Positions 11,896 to 22,680 of a stretch of 64,000 nt of DNA are shown here, one piece after another; position 1 is the stretch's first letter; each line of letters opens with the position of its first letter. The DNA is from Takakia lepidozioides (taxonomy: Eukaryota; Plantae; Bryophyta), in the NCBI GenBank assembly GCA_030704615.1, contig CM060733.1:46438001-46502000 (forward strand). Reading direction: 5' to 3'. The position numbers were made by a program, and so were the translations under genes. The notes beneath the pieces are model-generated. The model did no database searches. It was not told where the DNA came from and was given only the letters and a program-made list of their open reading frames with translations.

Positions 11896-12491
11896 TGTGT
11901 GGACTAGTGACTGCCATAGTGGGCTGCATAGTGGCAGCCTAGTGACTAACTAGTTGTAGCCTAGTGGTTGGACTAGGACTAGTGGTGGACTAGTGGTATA
12001 CTAGTGTGTGGCGTGCACATGTCTTGTGTGGTTTTGGACAGCGATGTAGTTGTGTAGCAATATGTATGCGCATGACAGCTGTCAAGTTATTTTATCACTA
12101 GTGTGAAACTAGCTAGAAAATAGCTAGCTTTTACATATTGACATTTGGGATTGGCCCAAGTGTCAATCCAGGGGTCAAGGCAGATTTAGGCCCTGGAGTG
12201 GTTATCTTCATGGCAAGCGCGGGAGGTTCATATTTCTCGAGTTGAACCTCACCGCCCCTAGCTATGGCGCCGTAGTGTGGATTCCCCATGGCGTGGGGTG
12301 CACTTGGCTTGATTTGTATTTGAGTGATGAGGTTATATATGCATGAGTTTATGCTTCAACTTTGTGAGCTCGTGCTTGTATTTCTTCTTTATCATTGTGT
12401 GGACTAGTGACTGCCATAGTGGGCAGCATAGTGGCAGCCTAGTGACTGACTAGTTGTAGCCTAGTGGTTGGACTAGTGGTGGATTGGTGGT
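11896..12491 (+). repeat. 3' terminal repeat block A-B-A' of copy 1
   Basis: A 11896-12077, gc spacer, B 12080-12394, 1-nt spacer, second A from 12396 truncated near 12491. Confidence 0.88.
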
Positions 12492-12550
12492 TTGAGAGAG
12501 AGAGCCAAAGCAGGCTTAGAACTTGATGGCATTGACGCCATTAATCTTAA

Positions 12551-13569
12551 CCCTTAACCTCCCAAGCGACCCAAATCGGGTCACTTGCTTTGGGAGATTC
12601 GTGGGAGATTCGCCGCAGCATCATAAGATGCTCTTGGATGGGAATGAGGTCTGAATGAGAAATGTAGATCTACCTCTTAGGAAGCCTAACAAAAAATAAA
12701 AATAAAAATAGTGGCATGGGCGAATTTTGGCCCGTCAGCATTGCCCAAAACGAGCTGCGCTTGTTGAGTTGACTGGACAGGTGGCAAGTACAAAGCACTA
12801 AACCGGCTGCAGTCCCTATTTAGGGTGAGGCTGCATGCGGCGGCCCACCCGATCTTATTTTGTGTTTAGGTTGGGGCGGGTGGCGCCACGTTGCCCCTGC
12901 AGCCGATGGGGTGGCAGCCCATGGACGTGACCCCCCCCAAAACAGAATATTCTGCCGGAAAATCCCCCCTGAGCCCCACCTGAAGTCCGGTTGTGGGTCC
13001 CAAAACAATATTGCACTTAGGGCCAAAAAGTTTCCTAAAACTTTACTAAATTGTATAAATTTTTTCACATTGTGGAGCATTGGCATGGCACCCACATATC
13101 TACCGTCCGGTTTTTCAAAAAAGTTAGGAAATATTGCACCTCCTTTGGAGGCTCTTGCCACCATTCAATTTTTCACCTTTTGTACCCCCACATACACCCA
13201 TACAAAGCAGCCCATAGAAAAAACCATCATATGGCCCTAAAATTTGGCAAGGACATAGTCAGTGCATTGGAATTTCTGGGTCTCGAAGCAATGAAAAATA
13301 CAAAAAGCAAGCATTTATTCTGGTCAAACCTTTTTTGGGTAGGAGAATTGTGTGGAAGCTCAAATTCAAGGTCCACAAAGGCATTATAATATTTCTATTT
13401 CTATGGTGGAATCATGCCAAATTTGGAGGGGTTATACATAACCAAGCTAGGTATAATGTTGTATGGTTGAAACCTATGGATGACAGGTGGTAAGGAGTTA
13501 TGGGCATTTTAGTCTTACGGTGTACCAAAAATGGCCAAAATGTTGAAAACAGGCTTAGGAGGTTAAGGG
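12551..13569. mobile_element. piggyBac-like non-autonomous element
   Basis: TTAA on both flanks (12547-12550, 13570-13573); TIR cccttaacctcccaagc / gcttaggaggttaaggg (16/17); CCC...GGG ends. Confidence 0.8.
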
Positions 13570-15233
13570 TTAAGACTTGTTGTGGTTCTCTCCACTTTCA
13601 GCCTTTGTAAGGTCAAAAACATAATCCCACTTGGTGGATGTATGGCTCCCTTTACACTGATTACGGTGTGTGTGCCTTATGGCTTAATCGGGGTTTTAAT
13701 TTTTTCCCCTCAATAATTTATGAATAAAATTAATCAGGGCAATAAACCCTGTTCACCAAAAAAAAAAAAAAACATTACAAAGAATATTAACAAAACAAAT
13801 TACTCGAAATCTCAATAAAATCGATAACCACAATGAGATGTGACGAGGCGAGATGGCCCGTTGGGGCTCCGCGTTTTGCGGTGAGAGCGGCTTGGACTTA
13901 GCCGCTGCAATCCCTGGCTATGGAGTTGGAAGTCTCATGACTTCCTTTCATTCCCCCCTTCTCACGCCTCCCTCATCGCTACCTTACTTCGTTATTGCTG
14001 GTGTTGCTGGAACTCATCCTGTATCTTCTTCATATCATCACAACTTTCATGTGCATCATTCGTTCTTCCCGCCAGGAAACTGCGCGCTTTCGATTTCCGG
14101 CCATTGATCACAGCCTACGCAGCCTAATCAGGGGCTCTATTTTCAGCAGTACCAGCTGTCTCAAATGTGTTGGTCTCACTGCGAGCCGCCTTCCCCTTCA
14201 TGCCCTGACAGGGACCCCATGCAAAAGCTTCACTCGCAGTCTTTCATTGAAGAGCCATCAGGCTCCCGTGCCTCACATTTCAGCTCTTATCTTTTGGCAA
14301 CTTCCTGCATTCCATTCTCTTCTCTTATCCAGTTTTTGCTGCTGCTCCGTCCTGCCTCTATCTCGCCGTCTAGTTGATCTCCCTCTCGCCATGGCCTCCT
14401 TTGTCTCTGTTGCGCCAACAATCAGAAACGATGCCAGAAGAGCTTGTCGTGCGCATACGTATCGCTACACAAGTACATCGCTGTCCAAACCACACCACAC
14501 ATATAGGCACAATAAAGTAGTCTGCCACAATGATTGAGAAAGCTAAAAACACACACACTCCCAACACAAGAAATATGAAATCCATCGCTATCACTCTTTA
14601 CAACAGAAGTCGAGCCAGGGGCACCCCAAGCTGTGGGGATTCCACCCCACAACAACCTACACTCCCATCATGAGCACACTCAGTCCTAAACGATGCAGGA
14701 GCTCGGTCGCGCAGGCTCAACTCGAGAGAGATGAGCTGCGCGACTGCCGCTCTCGTGAAGATAAGACGGTTCAGGTGTCAAACTAAACTTGACACCTGAT
14801 TTAATACTTGACCTAAATCCAAGTGTTAAATACAAATAACTAGCTTTATTCTAGTTGTTTTCACATTGTGCGTATTTAACTTGACAGCTGTCGTGCGCAT
14901 ACGTATCGCTACACAACTACATCGCTGTCCAAACCACACCACACATATAGGCACAATAAAGTAGTCTGCCACAATCGCCCCCCTAGCTGGTGGATAGGTC
15001 CCTCTAACTCCAGATAGCTACAAGATGTATTAGCCACAGCCGTACTAAGTCCTCTATCACTGTCCCTATCGTACTCAAACTCTATCGACCAAGAGGCCGG
15101 GTACAAGAGTAGCCCCATCGTTAGTCGCCGTCTTGCAATCTGTGAACTTGAGCCAGGATCTCGTGTGTTCAAGGTCTCCTAGTAGCTGGGCCTTGCGTTT
15201 CTTGTTAGCCTTCCATGGTTGTATCCACTCCCA

Positions 15234-16925
15234 CTATCCAATGCAATGTGGACATAACCAATCCCCATCTGGAACCATCTCAAGAGGTGGAGTCAAGCAT
15301 CCCATATGCCAACCTCTAGAGCATCGATCACACACCAGCATGGTGGCTGCCCCTTTAGCAGACCCACACAACATGCACCTCAAACCTGCAGATACCACTA
15401 CCAGGTTTGGGTCAATCCTGCCATCGACATTCGGAAGGTGACATGGCGCACAATTACGCACATGGTCCTTCCAAGTTATGCCATCCCGACCCTCCAAGAC
15501 CAAGACGCCTGAGGGCAAGACCTCTCGAACCCTCAAAATAACACGTCTTGCAGTCACATCCAAGGTCGTAGGAGCAGTCTGTTGCAGATAGACATAGTCA
15601 CCAGGGTTGAATCTCCGGACCCCAGGACGATAGCCCCCACCACGTATGGTAGCATACCTCAACGTATCACGGTGTTGTGCAATGGCAAGGTTCTCGAAAG
15701 CCATGGGCATGACTCTCTTGAACAACTCTGCACGCTGCTCACATGCACGTGCCCACACGTCCGGATCATCAAGGTTAAGAACTGTAGTAGCTTCTCTGCG
15801 AATGGATGTAGGCAAATCCGGCTCTCGGCCAAAGAGAAGAAAGTATGGTGAGAATAAGGCAAGTGATGCTTGCTTGCTGAACCTGTAGCCCATGGCTAAC
15901 CAGGGTAACTGAAGGTCCCAATCTCCTAGGTGTCCCTTCTGCAAGCCATACTTGCGCAAACCCCTCTTTACTGTCTGAACAACTCTCTCTGCCAAGCCAT
16001 CGGCCTCAGGATGATCCCGAGAAGTGGTGCGGTGGTCTATCAAGGCCTTGTCACACAAAGCCTGAAACTCCCCCAAGAACTCTCTCCCTTGGTCCGTGAG
16101 TACCTCAGCTGGAGCACCGGATCGGCTAAGCACACAATCCAAGAATGCATACGCAGCTCCCTCACTAGCTTTATCAGGCAATGGAACCAATTCAATCCAC
16201 TTGGAGAAGTGCTCCACCATCACCAACACGTACTTGTTGTGGCGCATGGTCAGTGGCAACGGCCCTGCGAAGTCAAGACTCCACCTGTAGCCCAATCCCA
16301 TGATCGGAAGAGGGTGCAATTGTGGAGTAGGGGCGTTGAATGAAGCACGCACCCTGTCACACACCATGCACCTAGCCACAAATTGTTGCACCTCTGTGTG
16401 CATACCACGCCACCAATACTGCCCCTGCAGTAGACTATGAGTGCGTCGCACCCCAAAATGCCCCAACTCCTCATGGGCATGCCGCACTAACCGTGTCCGC
16501 TGTGTTGGGTGAGGCACAATCCTCACTCGACTATCCTCCCATACTCGGAGCAGGTGTGTCCCCTCCCACTTGAACCTCTTGGCTCGTTGTAGGATCCGAT
16601 CCCTCTCCTTGGCAGTCACATTGGCTGCAGTGTCTCCTGTGCGGAGGTAGTCCAACACAACTGAATCCTCATGTATATCTTTGGCGCCACCTTGCTCATT
16701 GCTGGCCTCAGGGTCCTCAGACACTTGATCTACAGTCATCCCTGTTGCAGGTCCAACCTGGCCTTCCGCTGCCAAGATACACAGAAATGCAGATGCATGC
16801 CATCCGGGCACCATCTCCTCGTCCGTCTCACCATGCCACCGAGCTCCAGTGTCATCCTGCTGGCTCGTGCATGGATTGCGACTCAACCCATCTGCATTGC
16901 GATTGACCAAACCCGGTCGATGCAC
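15234..16925 (-). CDS. Integrase with PHD finger (open segment of copy 2 pol)
   Basis: 563-codon open frame: HAHEELGHFG...CMVC, DFAGP, DQGREF, AERVV, terminal CMLC...CDRC...WHMGC...WLCPHC. Confidence 0.9.
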   Translation of the reverse strand: MHRPGLVNRNADGLSRNPCTSQQDDTGARWHGETDEEMVPGWHASAFLCILAAEGQVGPATGMTVDQVSEDPEASNEQGGAKDIHEDSVVLDYLRTGDTAANVTAKERDRILQRAKRFKWEGTHLLRVWEDSRVRIVPHPTQRTRLVRHAHEELGHFGVRRTHSLLQGQYWWRGMHTEVQQFVARCMVCDRVRASFNAPTPQLHPLPIMGLGYRWSLDFAGPLPLTMRHNKYVLVMVEHFSKWIELVPLPDKASEGAAYAFLDCVLSRSGAPAEVLTDQGREFLGEFQALCDKALIDHRTTSRDHPEADGLAERVVQTVKRGLRKYGLQKGHLGDWDLQLPWLAMGYRFSKQASLALFSPYFLLFGREPDLPTSIRREATTVLNLDDPDVWARACEQRAELFKRVMPMAFENLAIAQHRDTLRYATIRGGGYRPGVRRFNPGDYVYLQQTAPTTLDVTARRVILRVREVLPSGVLVLEGRDGITWKDHVRNCAPCHLPNVDGRIDPNLVVVSAGLRCMLCGSAKGAATMLVCDRCSRGWHMGCLTPPLEMVPDGDWLCPHCIG

Positions 16926-18639
16926 CTACTCTTGAAGGATGAGTGCCCACCGTGCAAGCTTCCCCGTAAGCTTGTCTGACTCCATCAACCACTTGAGTGG
17001 TTGGTGATCCGTGACAAGGGTGAAGAGATTGCCGTATAGATAGCACCTGAAGTGTGCCACGGCCCACACTGCAGCTAAGCATTCTCCCTCATATGAGCTA
17101 TACTTAGACTCTGCAGCATTGTTCGAGCGGCTAGCATAAGCCACTACGAACTCTCTTCCCTCATCATCCACCTGTGTGAGCACCGCTCCAAGCCCCAGCA
17201 TGCTCCAATCTGTATGCAGCTGGAAAGGACGCCCCCTGATAGGTCGTCTCAAGATGGGCGCCGAGGTCAACCTCGCCTTGAGCTCTTGAAAAGCTTGTTC
17301 TTGCTCATCTTCCCACTGCCACTCCTGGTCCACCTTGGTCAGCTTGGTTAGAGCCTTTGCAATGGCATTAAATCCCTTAACAAACCGTCTGTAATAGTTT
17401 GCTAACCCCATGAAAGCTCGAACTCGGCTCACATCCGTGGGGGCGTGGAACCTGTGCAATGGACTCTACCTTAGTCTGCTGTACCCCCAATCCTCCACGA
17501 TATATCATGTGACCCAGATACTCAATCTGGTTGTGGAAAAACTTGCACTTGCCCGGATGTAACTTCAATCCGTGCGTCCTCAAGCGCTCAAATACCCCCT
17601 GAAGGTGTCTCTCATGCTCCTCCACCGTAGCACTAAAGATGATGATGTCATCTATGTAGCACCGAGCAAACTCCACCCCTGCTAGAATCCTGTCCATGAC
17701 TCTTTAAAACTCAGCGGGAGCGTTTTTAAGCCCAAATGGTAAGAACCACCACTGGTATAGGCAATCCTTCCCGTGCTCATTGATCCCCCAGAATGCCGTC
17801 TTTTGCTTATCCGCCTCCTTGATCGGCAACTGGTGATATCCGGATCGTAAATCCAACGTGCTAAAGACCTTGGAATGCCCAATGGCATCAAAGATCTCCT
17901 CTGGTGTCGGCATGGCATACCTATCGGACTTGGTCTGACGATTTACAGGCCGGTAATCACCGCACATACGTCTCTCCGTCCAATTGCCATAGACATCCTT
18001 CTTGGCTGGCATCACTGTGGCTGAAGCATACTCTCCACTAGAGAGCTCCACCAAACCTGCCTCCCAGAGATCTTGAGTCCTCATCTGAATCAAAGACCTC
18101 TCCATGTCACTGTATCTATAGGGTCTCCGAAAGATTGGCGTGTCAGTGGCCAACTCAATACGGATCTCTTGACCCTTCAGTGCTCCCAAGTCCTTCAAAC
18201 TGAAGGCAAAGCAATTCCTGTAAGCCCTCAGGAACCGCCGTATACGTCGTCTCTCTCCTCCGGTGACAATGGGTCCAATGTCAGGCTCCCAATTGTCCTC
18301 CGTAACTGCAACCTTAAGTCCAGTGGGCTTAGAGGTAGAGGACGCGTCCCGTGGTTGCTATGCTGCAACCTCTTGAACAGTACTCCCTTCCTGCTCAGTC
18401 AATGACAAGGCCTCATCCTGCCCCATCATCTCATCATTGAGAACCTCCTCATCCCGAGAAGAATCCCCAACCTCATCCATCACAGCTGCCTTGGCTGCCA
18501 ACTCCCTCTGAACCTCGAGCACCTCCCACGTGTGCCATGGATGTCTACACCCCGTGGTCCTCACCGGCTCGCCCCCACTCGCTGCCTGTACCGTCTCGGT
18601 AGGCAGAGAGACCGTCAAGGGAAGTGCACTCCGCACTCT

Positions 18640-19005
18640 ACGTTGCTCAGCCATAGCCAAGCTGATAATCCAGGTCAAGCAATTGAGATCCATTGCTTGC
18701 CGCAACACCTGACGACGTGATGCCTCAGAAAGAGAAGGCACCGCCGTGGTCCCAGTGGAAAACCCCATAGCCCGCTCTCGCTCGTCGGCATTAGGCTCCA
18801 CTAGCTGCTGCAACTGAGCATCCCACAGGAGGCCAGGTCCACCATCTCGAAAAGCATGGGATCCTGGGAAGCTGAGCAGTGTAGGTAATGCTGCTCGTGG
18901 TTGACCCACCCTGTTGACCACTGCCAAAGGCAAACGGTCATCGTGTCTCACACGTTGAGACTGCCTCCCTGTGTCCAAAATGCCATCCACGGTGAGGTGT
19001 GCTGG
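18640..19005 (-). pseudogene. C-terminal part (target-recognition region plus motifs IX-X) of a C5 DNA methyltransferase within Gypsy pol
   Basis: EPNADERERAMGFSTGTTAVPSLSEASRRQVLRQAMDLNCLTWII aligns without gaps to DNMT3/DRM motifs IX-X (ExERxxGFxxxxTxVxxxSxxxRxxxLG); in frame with the linker leading to RT. Confidence 0.75.
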
Positions 19006-19679
19006 ATGACATAGCACAGGAGGTCGAGACTGATTCTGATGACTGTGACACTTGATATGAAGTTTTCTTTTCGTTTTATTCGGGGCCAAATTTGAAATAG
19101 GATGGTTGTGTGTCCTTGTTGTCCTGTTTGCAATGTGTGCGTGGAATGCACATTAATGGGAACAAACTATTGTTGGAGATGGGGGTTGCATGGACTGCCC
19201 GGATTGTTCCTTCAATCTATTTAGTGTTCTCTGGACCTCACAGACTTGAGTGCATTGCAAATACAAACAAACGACTTTGGTTCGTGTAGAGCATTCTCGC
19301 ATCAGTTGCTCGTTGGTCTCCAAACCATTCATGCTAGAAGAATGGTTGGTGAATCCATCACGGTGAAGTCCACCTCATCAAAGAGCTGTGAGGCATTCTC
19401 AAATCTAATGAGCATCCATGATGCTCCCGCACATACCTGGCATGTTCGCAAGGGTGGTGAGTAAGAAAAGATTTCGCAGGGTTCCGCTTTAGATCATGTC
19501 AGTGTGCACCTCCTCACGACGTACCCACATAAACTTGTGAGGGCTTGGTATGTTGATAACGTCTGCATGGATGTAATGGATACAATGGATGTAACATATC
19601 CACTCTGCATTCCCGGGAAATGGCTGATCAACCCGCGGAAATAGGTGACACCCGCGGAAATAGGCCCTGTATGTATGCT

Positions 19680-19761
19680 GACGTGGCGTGAGCCTGTGCT
19701 GGGCTCACGGTTTCCTGGGCTCACAGGCTCACGCCTCCGGGCTCACAGAATAGCACCCCCC
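19680..19761 (-). mobile_element. Terminal inverted repeat of a second MULE-like element; other end not found
   Basis: Reverse complement ggggggtgctattctgtgagccc...gtgagccc resembles the left TIR at 4384. Confidence 0.6.
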
Positions 19762-19860
19762 GCAGGACATGCACAACAGGGGTGGGGATTGCAGGTTTTG
19801 GAGACCTATGAGAAGTTGATGTGGGAGGGGGTGAAGTCCGACCACATTACGTTCAGAGAG
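19762..19860 (+). pseudogene. PPR motif fragment
   Basis: AGHAQQGWGLQVLETYEKLMWEGVKSDHITF matches the PLS-type P-motif consensus. Confidence 0.7.
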
Positions 19861-19892
19861 TTCAAATGCCTCTCCACCATGACCTTGCTTAG

Positions 19893-22160
19893 CTAACCAT
19901 GCCTTGCTGATGTTGTTGTCTTGCACTTGAGCTGTTTTTGGACACTGGCTGGAACATCCACAAGGCGGCTCTGCTCGAGAGATAAATGAGTTTGAATGCA
20001 GGGGCAGATTTTGAGATCACAATCACCACTCAGAACGCTGTTCTTTGCACTGGCATGGCATGTCAGCATGCATATCAGCCCAAACTCATTACTCCGTGAG
20101 TCTTCCACTGCCGGAGTGTGCCCATTCAAGCCAAATCTTCGAAACGCAGGGATGGAACGGGGTTTTGAAACCAGCATTGCCCAACTGGATACCCAATTCA
20201 GCTCCGCATCTTGGTCCATTAATCTGTTGCACATTGTGAAGTTTTCTGCCCGTTCACCGCAAGTTGAAGAAGGAGTATTCTTAAAACACGGGTACTCATA
20301 ATCTGAAAATGGCTCCAGCTTATGTTGCTTGAGTGCGAATATGAGTGTGGTTGGCTTGGCAGCTTTACATCTGGTCCATCCCACTCGATATGATGAGTAG
20401 GTTCAGCTTGACTTCTCTCACACAAAAGACGCTGCCAAGATGGGGTTTGTTGCCCTAGGTGACTTCCCGTCGTTGTTCTAGGCTGCAACATACAATTAAT
20501 CTGGCCCATGGCGAGGGGCCTTGCCTTCCACCAATCATCTGTAAGTCTTGTGAAACTGTTTTTGTGGCAGTTTGTAAGAAGTGGGCAGCGATGGTGGGCT
20601 GTTGTAGGATTTGATGAACTCAATGTCGTATACTTACAACAACCCCTCATCTCTTATGCAAGCATTCAACAAGCCTAGTTGACTGCAGAGCATATTCAGC
20701 CCCCCACATTTCTAGTTGCCTAATGTTCTTCATCTCTTGGGTAGAGCATTTTCCAGGGTCTCCATCTGTGATGACACACTATCTTCTCATGTGGTTCAGC
20801 TTCTGGTCTTGCTCTTCTTTGCACCACCCCAATGAAGGGCAGTTCCCACCTGCTTGATTCTCTCCATATGGTTGTCTTGGCAGGGTTTCCCACAACCGCC
20901 TTTCCTTTTCATACTGCCAGTCAGCAGCCTCGTTCTCCAATGCTTCACTTTCTTCCCAAGTAAAGTGCTCTCCTCTTTTATGCTTCAACGTCCCTGCAGG
21001 TGTCTTTTCCTTCATCTCTCGTGGTGCTTTCGAATGAATGAGCACTGATTTGCATCTGTTGGCAACACTTATGGTGTCCCTTTCCTTGCATGCCACTGCA
21101 GGCCCGTCATTGACTTTCTTGGCAGGGAAGTCTCCTCCTTCTCCCTCATTTTCTGGCTCTGTTGGTGCCCCACTCACTATGCTATCAGGGCTGCATTTAT
21201 TTCGTGGTGTTGCGCCAGCCAAGGGCGATCTTTCACTGGTCCGATTGTTGGCAGCAGCTGATTGGAGTCTTCTTGGCAGAGTCTCCCACGAGCTCCCATC
21301 AGTTTCAGGCATCAGGTTTTCTACCCTGCCCTTCCACTTTTCATAAGCAAGGTGCCTGTCTTCCTCCCTTTCACTCTTCAGCCTCTCAGGCAGATTTTTC
21401 TTCATGCGATTGCTGCTCCCATACTTCCAGTCATTGTTTAATTTTCTCCAGCCATCACCCTCAGATTTGACAAGGTATTGCTGCCCTTCCTTGTGTCTTT
21501 CCAGCTGCTGGTTTTATCCCAGATTCACCTCTCATCCTTGCCTGGGGTTTTGCTTGCCAAACAGCCCTTGTGTGGGGAACTTCAACGAAAGGCAATATTT
21601 CATTCTCAGCTCCTGTCTTTGTACCTCTTTGCAACAGTCCAGCCTCGGGTGCCTCACTTTCTGATTGTTGGGTTGCATTCTTCGACCGCCAACCTTTGAC
21701 AGGAAAGTGTGCTCCATCCTCCTCATCTTCTACTGGTTCCCTTGATGCTTCACCTCGTATGTCTTCCTCCTCATGTTTTAGCAGCAGCTCCCATGCCTGA
21801 ATTGCTACTTTTCCTCGTAGTTGATCTTGTGCTTTCCTTTTTCTCCGTAGCTTAATCAACTGTTTTGTCTTGGCAGCTCCCTTGCCATAAGTGCCTTGTC
21901 TCACTGCATCTCCCTTGGCTGCCCACCATCCGTGGAGTCTTTCTTGCACTATTCTGACCCTCGTTGGCATGCACTTTGCTGCGATGCCCCACATGTGTTT
22001 GCTGCTCCCTTTAATCATCAACATAGTGCTCCAGAGCTAGTTCCTCATTGTTGACCAGTTGACATTCTCAGCCCTTGGACCCATTTTCCCTTCTCCCATG
22101 TTGCCTCGTCTTTCTGCTTCATCATTTGCTTTACTTGCACGATGTCGCTTCTTCCCTACA
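19893..22160 (-). other. Degenerate broken ORFs, possibly TE-derived (LINE ORF1-like)
   Basis: Consecutive charged, low-complexity minus-strand ORFs (21461-22024, 20779-21405); no diagnostic motif recognised. Confidence 0.25.
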
Positions 22161-22519
22161 GCTCATCATGTGTTGTGGCTCTTTCCCATGTTGCACTCAC
22201 TCCCATCACACGTTGTGCAGTTGATAAGACTGAGATGAGTTGATGCAGGATAGGGGGAGGGCTTGCTGGTGTAGGTTGTCCGATAGGCCCCACGCACAGA
22301 GTCAAAGCTGGAAGTCAGCCTTGCAAGGACCCAAGTGAGAGAAGTCTGGTGGGGGTAACATCTTGGGGGATGGCAGTTAGGGCAATGCGTGTCTAGGGCA
22401 ATATATGTCATAGCAGCGGGTGATGTGCTGCCAATTTTGAGGATAGAGACAGCCTGTAAGCTGTAGATTTGTATCAGTGGTTTCTTCTGACACATATTGC
22501 TCCCAGTTTGCCACAACCA

Positions 22520-22680
22520 GTTTTGTTTGCATTTATAGTGCATGTGCAAGCCTGCTGGGGAAGGGCAAAGAGGTCCATGGTTGCATCGTCAAAGCTGGAA
22601 TTGTGGCAGATGTCATTATGAACAATACCCTTGTGGACAGGGAGTGTTCAACAATATGGCTGAGCAAAGGATAGAGTGTA
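22520..22680 (+). pseudogene. PPR motif fragment
   Basis: SACASLLGKGKEVHGCIVKAGIVADVIMNNTLVD (L/S-motif). Confidence 0.75.

Larger units (their letters stand above)
459..12491 (+). mobile_element. Ty3/Gypsy LTR retrotransposon, copy 1 (degenerate): gag-PR-RT-RH-IN-PHD with split termini B...A-B-A'
   Basis: Gypsy domain order. Repeat B at 459-686 and 12080-12394; PPT aggggggcga 11885-11894; repeat A at 11896-12077 and a truncated A at 12396-~12491; many premature stops. Confidence 0.93.
14445..19005 (-). mobile_element. Ty3/Gypsy copy 2 (5'-truncated): DNMT C-terminus-RT-RH-IN-PHD with A-B-A terminus
   Basis: ORFs 18358-19089, 17704-18198, 17377-17697, 16926-17459 and 15234-16925 are homologous to copy 1 pol (the DNMT part of the first excepted); PPT 14975-14984; A 14889-14973, B 14531-14886, A 14445-14529 (A copies 84/85 identical). 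Confidence 0.93.

Noticed and set aside
459-12491. DIRS/PAT/Ngaro classification because of the split repeats
   Set aside because: Encodes an aspartic protease and a DDE integrase and has a PPT; no tyrosine recombinase seen
19006-19089. N-terminus MAPNKTKRK of ORF 18358-19089 as a real DNMT start
   Set aside because: Lies beyond the apparent truncation point and lacks DNMT motifs; probably chance read-in from adjacent sequence
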